A stretch of 63,654 nt of DNA, counting the filler, from Intoshia linei (taxonomy: Eukaryota; Animalia; Orthonectida), in assembly GCA_001642005.1 (NCBI GenBank). It is 5 parts of 5 records of this genome, joined end to end, with 100 filler letters (N's around TTAATTAATTAA, not from the genome) between each part and the next. Parts side by side here need not be neighbours in the genome. Positions count along the whole stretch, not along the records: positions 43,212 to 57,516 come from LWCA01000963.1; positions 57,617 to 60,868 come from LWCA01002123.1; positions 60,969 to 63,654 come from LWCA01002244.1; 2 more parts are not named here. One strand, written 5' to 3'. Each line of letters begins with the position of its first letter. Positions within the stretch are counted from its first letter, which is position 1. Of the stretch, positions 54,382 to 63,654 are shown one piece after another. Position numbers and translations under genes: made by a program. Under the pieces are notes generated by a model. It worked only from the letters and a program-made list of their open reading frames with translations. It was not told the DNA's origin and did no database searches.

Positions 54382-55647
54382 TTATTGAGGTTGATGATAT
54401 ATTCTTTTCAAAACAATGGGATTTTGAACTTTACTATTGACCTTTTCTCTAAAAAAATAACAACAAATAAAACATGTAAAACTTGAAAAAGAGATCTTCA
54501 TCAATTGAAGGTATCCTTTTAAGCCAAATCCAAATTTTAAAAACTTGATTACGTACACTTAAAACTACACCATTGATATCATTATTCATATAATCAAAAC
54601 TAGCACCAGCAAACATGAGAACCTAAAAATGTGAAAATTTTAGCAAAAATAATGTGACTATTACAATACTACACCAAGTATCATCAACACAATCTTCTCC
54701 AACAATTATACAATATCGTAATCCGTTCATATTACTGACGTCCTCCCAAGCAGGAGTTATATTTAACTAAATTTCCAAATTAACCCATAGAAATTCAATT
54801 GAATCTTGATAAAATCTCAAAATGGGAGAATTATCAGAGGTCTCACTAAAGTTTAGTGACTAAACAATGAATCGCAGTAAAAAAATTTCTAAATAGTGAA
54901 TTTTAGTGAATCACAGTTGACCAAAGAGATTTTAGTTCTCTTCTATTTTTTTACTGTGATTAACTGAAATGTACTTGGATTCACTATTTAAAAATTTTTT
55001 TACTGCAATTCACTGTTTAGTGAGACCCAATTATCAGAACACATTTTCTACATATAAAGTTAAAATAATTTTTTTATATATTGAGCAATATTAAAATCAT
55101 AAATGATGGAATTTACCTCTACCATCTGAATAAACCCTATGAAAATACAATAAAATTTGCACCGTATAAAAATATATCGACATTTCTATGAAAAAGTTTT
55201 TTGTAAACATTTTTGTAATGTCAAATCCTTGCTTCAAATTGCGTTTATAGAAAAAATTTAAGTTGCCAAAAAGTTACAATGAAATAATAGATGTACTCAA
55301 GCCGACAAAAAATACCTTAAATAATGTGATATCCATTCGTTTTGAATCCTTCAATTGAGAGGGAGTTTTCAGAAATGCAAACAAACTAGAAACAATAAAT
55401 ATATTCCCAAAAAAAATAAAAACTGAAATAAATCTTCAACGTAAGCCATATCCATCACATGTTGAAAATTATCATTCCAGTTATCTTTGTGACTATCTAC
55501 TAGTCTTATAGTCATTGACAAATGAAATGGGAGTGGATATTTTTCATAATTTTGAATGACGCATTTTTTATTTAAATTCTTTCAAAATAAAAGTAAAAGC
55601 AACAAAATAAAAACCTCGCGAATAACTTCGTTTTCTTCAATATTCAT
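54382..55647 (-). CDS. Divergent eIF4E-family protein B, 188 aa; exons 55647-55615, 55578-55424, 55385-55316, 54766-54665, 54622-54483, 54448-54382
   Basis: YPLP...DNW...YVEDLF, DITLFK|LNITPAWEDVSNMNGLR, DDTW, INGVVLSVRNQVFKIWIW and terminal YH. Exons total 567 nt with the same intron phases as paralog A. Confidence 0.9.
54838..55028. mobile_element. MULE-like MITE in intron 3 of eIF4E-B
   Basis: Long inverted arms (GGTCTCACTAAA...GCAGTAAAAAAATTT / ...TTTAGTGAGACC) and 9-bp TSD AATTATCAG. Confidence 0.8.
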
Positions 55648-56212
55648 TTTATATTATAAATTAAAATATAAAATTTACGTTATAAACCTGATTTATAATT
55701 GTAAGTTTATATAGAAACGAATTTACTGCAGTATATTCATTCCAACAGACCGAAAGCATTATGCGATTATACTAATCATAATCCTAGACTCTGAGCTTTA
55801 AATTTTCGAGCTTTGAAATAAAATTTAATTAGATAGTAGATGAAATAAAATCAACAACAAAAGGTAGTGATACCTTAGTACATTTGTACAAGTGCAAATT
55901 TGTAAATAACCAGACTAAAATGTAGTCTTAAAATAGCCATATATTTATTATTATTGTTAAGAATTTAGATTATCTTTTATCTTTTATTTATGCAATTAAT
56001 CTATATGGTCTGTTCGTGATACATCAATAGTAAAATATTTAAATTGAAATAGAAATACACTTTATGATATTTTTTTTTCACGTATGAGTTCAATATATTT
56101 AAAATATATTGTGTTAAGTAAAATTTTAAATGATTAACCTTTGAATAAAAGGTCATGGGTGTGAATGTAATGAATTAGAAATAATTTTACATTTCATAGT
56201 AAATTCTAAAAA

Positions 56213-56939
56213 ATGATGAATAATGTGATGCCTTTACCTTTTCTGACTTTGATGGAATTACAGAGCATGTCAGAAATGCAATTTTCAACCTCTAACCACA
56301 CTTACAATATCCACCAAGAGGCTCATCAAGTTGTTTTGCATAATATTGTAAATCATCAACATTTACGTGATTGTGAAATTTTTGTCAAAAATATTACAAT
56401 AAGTTGGACAATTTGTAATCTATGTGCTTTATTTGAGGTTCACGGTGTCATTGTAACAATCAAAGTTGTATACAAAAAAAACTACATTCTTTGTTTTGTT
56501 CGATATAACAACGCTTGTAGTGCAGCTTTGGCTATTCGTTATATAAACAACATCATCAATAGCTTTACTTGTCAAAAAATATTGGCTTCCCTAAGCGTAG
56601 ACAATCGAAAAATTTTTATTGGGGCTCTTCCAACGGATAAAACTAAACAATGCATTGAACAAGAATTTTTACATAATTGTAATCTATCCATCAAGCATGT
56701 TGACTTTATTTTGTATGAAAATTTACACCCAAAATACTCAAATAGAGGATATGGGTTTCTTGAATATCATTCATATGAAGAAGCTCGGACTGTTCGAAAT
56801 TTTTTAATCGAAAATAAAATCAGCCTTTTTGGTATATTTATCTTAATTTATTGATTTATTAATTTTATTCGTAGGTAAACAAATTACTGTGAATTGGGCA
56901 CACCCCGAAAATACGGTTGATGCAATCACGATGAATCAG
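56213..56939 (+). CDS. hnRNP R/Q family RRM protein (SYNCRIP/A1CF/RBM46/RBM47/DND1-like); exons 56213-56831 and 56875-56939, remainder not found
   Basis: CEIFVKNI (RRM1), SVDNRKIFIGALP..KTK (RRM2), NRGYGFLEY, LFG|KQITVNWAHPE are family-specific motifs. Confidence 0.87.
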
Positions 56940-57616
56940 GTTCGTTTGTTAAGAAATATTTTAAACATGATAAAATGTGTTCACTGTGCAATGCAATTTT
57001 TGTGGTATCAACTATAACATTATACTATCGATATGATAACAATTACAACCGATGTGATAATAACTAAATTCAATGTGATAATCAAATTATTAAAAGTTTC
57101 TGGTATATTTTGACCAACAATTAAATTGTAATTAACGGGAAACGTAATATTGTTGAATCGCACTACCTATGATATATTTTTTTTACGTTTAAAGTGTATA
57201 TTTAAGAAAAATATTCGAATTTTCTGAGTTTAACTTGATAAAAATATCACTGTTATTCGCAGGTTCAATTAACCATAACATAGTTTCAAAATAAAAATAT
57301 AAATTCATTTTGAAAATTATCATCTTTACATTCAAAGTAAGAATAGTCACAGTCAATGTAAAAATAGCTAAATTCAAAATGGAATAACGATTGTCAATGT
57401 GATAACAATTACAATCAATGTAAGAATAATTTGTACAAAAAATTGAGAGGAAAAATTTCAATTAAATTCAAAGTGAGAATTTATTATTATGTTATTATTA
57501 ATATTTTTTTATAATTNNNNNNNNNNNNNNNNNNNNNNNNNNNNNNNNNNNNNNNNNNNNTTAATTAATTAANNNNNNNNNNNNNNNNNNNNNNNNNNNN
57601 NNNNNNNNNNNNNNNN

Positions 57617-58600
57617 ATTAACAAGGCCAAACGGCATCATTCTGAAGTGGTACAATTCTTTGCCAATTGCGAATGCTGTCTTTTTTCTATCTTCTGGATA
57701 AATAGGAATTTGCCAGAATCCGCTCGCTAAGTCCAAAACTGAGAATACCTTTTTATTGTGTAATTCATCTAACAGCTCTGATTGCTTAGCCATTGGAAAT
57801 CCATCTCCCTTGGTAATTGAATTTAAACGTCTAAAATCCAGAACGAAGCGTTAAGTACCATCTTTCTTAGGTACAAATAAATATTTCTGATTTATCAATT
57901 ATTTTGTTTTCAAGCATAGTATTAATTTTTTTATAAAGCTCTGATCTCAAGTGAACAGGTACAGGACAAATAGGACACTTTTTTATGGAACAATTGTTCT
58001 TCAAATCGATATGATAATATTTACCCTTAAGGGAACCTGGTATCTCTGAAAAAATGTGCAAGAACTTTGAAACCAAATTCATGTACGGTTTAGGTGCATC
58101 AACTTTAGTAGAGTTAGAGTTATTATTTATTTGCTGTACTTTCTTTACTTCGATTAATTTCAGTTTTCGATTATTACAGTTAAATAGTATCATATCTCCT
58201 ACTCTTTCATCTACGTTATCAAACTTGCATTTAATTCCTTTTTCGTGTAATTTCTCGAGCCATAGTGCAAAAGGCTCATTATAACCTCTTTAAGGCATAA
58301 AATTGCATTCTTTCAAAGCTAATGTTAACATCACTCCAGCTTTTTATTTCCTTTTTCAGTAGCATCATTGACTCAGAAGTTCCACTTCTTTTGAGGCGAT
58401 TATGCGCCTTTTCACCTATAAGCTCTTTCATCAGGCAAACTTTCTGTGATTCATTTAATTTGTTTGTCTCAGTTTCATTGATACAGATATAAGCCTCAAC
58501 TTTTTCAATCCATCTAATAGGATCTATTGTAAATTTTCCTGTCTTGTCAATTAACTCTCTGGGAGGTACAATCCACGTGTACATGACTTATTATTAAAAT
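57617..58600 (-). mobile_element. Ty3/Gypsy remnant (gag-like segment plus RT N-terminus, internally deleted)
   Basis: WIEKVEAYI gag-like ORF; RFVLDFRRLN, FSVLDLASGFWQIP and MPFGLVN. Confidence 0.9.
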
Positions 58601-58822
58601 GTAGTGATATCCGAAATAAAGAGGAAGATCAATTGTATTTTAAAATATAAAATTTATAAAAACAAATTTATTTTAATAAGTTTATCGTTCAAGTGTTATG
58701 ATATTACAGCAACGCTACACAACTATTACCCAAATACCCTGAATATAAAACAACTCCCTATCTCGAATCTATATCAAATGATATTTCTTCAGATAGTAAT
58801 TTTTTAAGATCATCAACGTAAT

Positions 58823-59536
58823 TTATATAATTACGTTTAAAAGAGAAAAATCATGCTCGCTTCCTAAAAAACTTTTTTGAAAAAAAAGGGCATAATGAGA
58901 AGGAGTTGTCATGACTGTAACCTCCTTTTTAAGGGCATTCATTTTATTTTTAGAATCGTACATTTTCTTAGCATTACTTTCAATTCCATGTGGTCTGAAT
59001 ACCTTCAATGAGGTACTGTCGATAGCTAAAGCCAAATAAGGATAATTTCCTTCCATGGCTATTAAGCGCTTTCTATGATTCCACCATTTTTGCAACAAAT
59101 ATTGATAAAATGGAGAACGCATTCGATCTATACTCTTTTGAATTAGATTTGTCGTAAATCCAAATATTTTGGCGATCAATTTAAATTCATGGCCGTGTTT
59201 TAGCCAATACAAAAAAATTATTACTGAGTCTAGAGTGCACATTTTAAACGACCTTCCTCTTTTTCCGGTTTGATTCATAACACCTAAAATATTTATTAAA
59301 TTTTTTATTCGCTAATATTTTAAAATATACATACCTTCTATTCCATGGTGTAAAATTATTATTTTATCTCTAGTAAAGTTGAGATGTTATATAAATGAGT
59401 TGTCAGAGTCAAAAAATTGATAACACATACTTGTATTATCTTCTGTGAGTTCAACCACATCTTCTAATTCTATGTCAAAATTTCTATTTTCAGTTTTTTT
59501 TGATAATTATTCAAATAACTTTCGATTAATATTCAT
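58823..59536 (-). mobile_element. PIF/Harbinger (IS5-like, DDE_Tnp_4) transposase pseudogene with an apparent intron
   Basis: HTH IFLYWLKHG...IAKIFG, LAIDST, YDSKNKMNALK, GSEHD; GT-AG intron at about 59333-59284; upstream part contains stops. Confidence 0.78.
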
Positions 59537-59984
59537 GCTGCAATTTAAATTTAAATTTTTGTTTTCGATGTGTACAGTTGTTAAGCGTTGAGGTTTAAAA
59601 ATTGAAATGATAAAGCGTTAAAATCAATAAATAAATAAAAATTGTTAACGTAAACCTGAAAATTTAATTTAATTTTTAGTTTAATTGATCAAAATATAAA
59701 TGTTTCCATGATTAAATTATTCACATGTTATGAAAGTTATGGTATGCTAATTTAAATGTACACTTGTAAAATTTTTTCGTAACCATTAGAAACGGGTGTT
59801 AATAGATATTGTTGCTATATTGAATACATTTCACTTTATTGAATAAATACCATTTCTTATACAATATTTCTTAGATATTTCTATAAAATCAATGGGTAGT
59901 CGTTATAGTAATATAGTAACGTTAATTTCAATACTACTCAATATAATTCGATAATGATCATATATTAATATCGTAAATGTCTAT

Positions 59985-60023
59985 ATAATATATAATATAT
60001 AATATATAATATATAATATATAT
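59985..60023. repeat. AT-only short tandem repeat (ATATATA-type, 7-nt period)
   Basis: Direct reading. Confidence 0.8.
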
Positions 60024-60968
60024 GATTTCAATATTGATAGTTATAGTAACTATATTTTAATATTATCGTGTTTTATCCAATATATAATTTTACTTTAAAT
60101 TGAAAAGTTTAAATCAGATTTTATTCAAGGACTATTTAAAATATTTGAATCAAAAAGTTACATTCTTAACTTTGCACCAGTTTCACAAATGTTATTTAAA
60201 TAATGATTTTAAAATGTTAGCGAAGGGCACACAAAATTAAGTCAGTCACTGATATCTTTTTTTATATTATTATTAATATTTAGATATTAATTTTGATTTT
60301 TTGTATGTCTTCCTCTGTAATGTATCAACAAATCGGTTTTTACTGGAAATTTTTTTTGTCGTCCAATTATTATTAATTATTTACCGAAAAATTAATGATT
60401 AATTTTTTTTAAAATATGGTTTTTTCTTTTGAGATTAGATAGAGTAGTTTTTGTTTTAAAAGTTTGGTAAAATGGGATTTTTCAAAAAAATATTGTTAAA
60501 AGCGATTTTTTAAGGGTTTGTAAAATTTTGTTTTTTTTTCAAGAGATTTTGTTAAATTATATGAAATATGCTGAAAATTTTAGATTCGCCTAAAATTTTT
60601 GTATTCACTCCTTGGAGTGACCAGTCCCCCCATGAGAAGCACTGCTATTTATATTGATATTTATTTCGATTCAGATGAATGACAAATGTTGTGTTAACTT
60701 ATAAAAGAGAATTAAGGATTAATTTTAATTGAAAATTATTAATTAAAACTTGCTGACATTGAAATTTCAAGAAAACTGTTTTATTAGACCTAAAATTTAG
60801 ACTCAGAGTAAACCTTCTCAATGTTGAAGTAAATTTTGTGCGGCCGTAGTATCAATGAGAAAAGTAGCNNNNNNNNNNNNNNNNNNNNNNNNNNNNNNNN
60901 NNNNNNNNNNNNTTAATTAATTAANNNNNNNNNNNNNNNNNNNNNNNNNNNNNNNNNNNNNNNNNNNN

Positions 60969-61159
60969 TGGGGTTTTTGACCCGTAAGATGTGAAATTGG
61001 GAGGTTGAAATTTATCTTATTACACGTCCCGGAAAAAACTGTAATTAAAATGTGGTCTTTAAAAAATTCTAAGAGTGGTAGTTATTTCAATAGAGTGGAA
61101 CACACACACAGATACAGACACACAAACAAAAATCGCGTAGCCTTTTATATAAGTTAGGA
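60969..61159 (-). mobile_element. Helitron 5' end, cut by gap
   Basis: Minus strand reads A|TCCTAACTTATATAA..., with GT microsatellite, matching 22002 onward. Confidence 0.8.
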
Positions 61160-61164
61160 TATAT

Positions 61165-61390
61165 GAGGAAAAAAAAGTAAATCTAGCTTATAATTGGTGG
61201 GTAAAAGAGTAATGGAGGCACCTGTATCAACCAGCATGTGGATGGATACATTTGCAATGTTAATAATTACAAAATAGAAGGGGTAGAAGGAGCAATCACA
61301 CATATTATAGTTGAATCGTTGCTAGTTAACTTGTAGAAGGTTTAACCACCTCTGATTCTATAATCTCAACCGACCCAAGTTCAGGTATGT
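61165..61390 (-). mobile_element. LTR-retrotransposon aspartic protease remnant
   Basis: Minus frame INIANVSIHMLVDTGASITLLP contains the retropepsin DTGA active site. Confidence 0.75.
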
Positions 61391-63654
61391 AATATGAAAG
61401 ATATGATAATGGATGAATATCAAAATTTTTCTAAAAACCATACATGTTTCTCTTTTCACAGATATGGAGGTTCTAATTTTGTAAAGGAACGGTTTTATTG
61501 CAAGTGTAACGGAATTGGGTAAGTTCAACAATTTTGTAATAACATTGTTAATGTCTTTTATTGATGTACATCACAGTTGTGTAATAATGGTTTTGAGGGG
61601 TAATATGAACTTTTGAAATTTTTCGTCTCAATTTGAAAGATAAGAATGAATATAGTAATCGAAATAAAATAGGGGTAGTACTGGTATCATTCTCAATCTT
61701 CCCGTCTTGAACATCAGTAACCGAAATATCAACACTTTCAAGTAAATACGATTGTACGGGAGGAGGGTTATCTATTTCAATATTTGATTTACCTATAAAA
61801 TTATCTATTACTTCTTATAAATCAGTAATTTTGAAGATAAATTTAACTAGAAACATTGGTCTACAAGATTTTTTTCTACAGAACTTAAAGTGAATTACCA
61901 TAAGTTAATACTGAATAGTTATGAAGATACTAAATAGATGTACGTAAAGCTTATAAAATACAGTTCCATTTTGTTACAGGGAATATCTGAATTAACAGAA
62001 CTATATGTAACAACAAGTCCATGTAACAAGAATGATGTAGTACAAGAAGTCGTTGTAACAAGTGTCTAGTAACAAGATTGATAGAAACAAGAATATTGTA
62101 AAAAAATCTCCATAAAGCTACACACTAAGACTTAGTGTGAACTAAAACTAAGACTCTACAAAAATTCATGTTTTAATTGTTTTTTTTCTTTAAAAGTATT
62201 AATTACAACTCTCGTAATAAAATCTTATTTAATTTTTTTTAAATGAACATTTTTCCAGTAAATTTAAAAAATCAATTATGTACTTAGGCTTTGGTTGTTT
62301 AAAATATGTATTAAGTGTAAACTGTACAGATTAAAATTAATTAATATCTTAATAATACCTTCGAAATGTAAAATTTGCATCAATACAAAAAGTTTATAAA
62401 TAAATTCAAATGTTAAATGTAACATAAAATGTTATAGTGTAAATGTAGTGTTGCTTGATATTTGTTAATAAATGTAACACTCTTTGTTTTTTTACAGTAA
62501 ATTTGTGTAAATATGAGAAATTTATACTGCAAAATACGCCAAAACATAAATATTTTCAATTATGCACTTAAAAATACACTAAAAAATTTTGGCAACATTA
62601 CTATGTTTTAAATATTAAAATATGTACAACTTTATAATTGTATACAACAAAATAATACTTACAAATTAAGTATAAAAAAATTAAATATTTCATGTAATCA
62701 TAATAATGTGTATCAGTTATTAATATAGTTGTTGAAGCAATTGAACCATATTTCATATATCATATATATTAATACTATTTGACCTATTTATATATAAGAT
62801 CCAATTTTTTGATCATTATAGATAGTATAACAAATACTGAAAATCTTGATTTTTAATATTAAATAAAAATATATATTTTTTCACTTAGCATTACTTTTAC
62901 AAGTCTTAAGCAAACCAGTTTATTTAAATTGTGTTTATTGAATATAGATTAAATTTTTCAAATGTTATTTATATATCATTTTATTTATATCAAATGAAAG
63001 TTAAACAAAAATTAATAATAAACAATATTCAAGAAGCCATTAAGTGTTTGTCAATTTATATAATTGTACATTTCATTTTAGACTGTCGGAAACGTATTTT
63101 GAGTATTATTGATGAATTCTATGAATATGGCGTACTAAGTGAAACATATAATAAAGTGAATATTTCATTTTTATCATAGTATTTTTATTTTTTTCTTATT
63201 TAAGCTTATCGACTACGAACAATTTTGCATATTTACAAAATTTTTATTTGAAAAATTTTACGATGAATCAATTTGTCAAAATCTGTTTCTCTTGCTCATC
63301 AATTTTAATCAATTTGATTATAATAAAATTAACGGTAATTTAATCTTATAGCTTTTATATAAGGCATTCATGTATAATTGAAAAATCTGACATTTATTTG
63401 TTGTCTATCTTGTCTGCAAAAAGTAAGAAACGCATTCGATTCGATAAAATTTTATATAAAAATATATAATTATATATTAAATATATATTATATTTATATA
63501 TAAATATTAGGGTGTCCACTTTTGACACTTTTTGTTGAATTAGAAAAAGTATATTTTACTGAACATTGGAAATGTAATTTAGAACATAAATATCCAAGAC
63601 AAAATTCCAAAGTCCGTAATTTATTCCACCTGAAAATTTTTAAACCTTTTTAAA

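Noticed and set aside
62005-62100. Repeat-spacer pattern as a CRISPR-like array
   Set aside because: Repeats of about 8 nt and spacers of about 7 nt are far too short, the context is eukaryotic, and there are no cas genes.

Overview
Very AT-rich eukaryotic (animal) scaffold with short GT-AG introns (commonly 34-56 nt), tightly packed genes and dense, often nested DNA-transposon debris. The composition and intron sizes resemble a compact invertebrate genome such as an orthonectid; that is an inference only. Gene models were spliced by hand. In order: 3' end of PSMB7, a coiled-coil gene whose stop codon overlaps the PSMB7 stop, a multi-TM ORF with an in-frame TGA, a candidate amidated neuropeptide precursor, MAIP1-like, a short LSM12-like gene, a tetraspanin, MYCBPAP, a neurocalcin/NCS protein, a Lys/Glu/Ser-rich repeat ORF, a double-DCX gene, two tandem divergent eIF4E paralogs (absent from the ORF track), and an hnRNP R/Q-family RRM gene head-to-head with them. 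Mobile DNA includes an abundant non-autonomous Helitron, hAT, pogo/Tigger, Tc1, Merlin, piggyBac-like, MULE-like, Sola-like, Harbinger and Gypsy remnants. Four N-gaps carry an artificial TTAATTAATTAA linker. The best candidate for a novel system is the eIF4E pair, which keeps cap-binding residues but has lost the canonical eIF4G/4E-BP face, next to the RRM gene.
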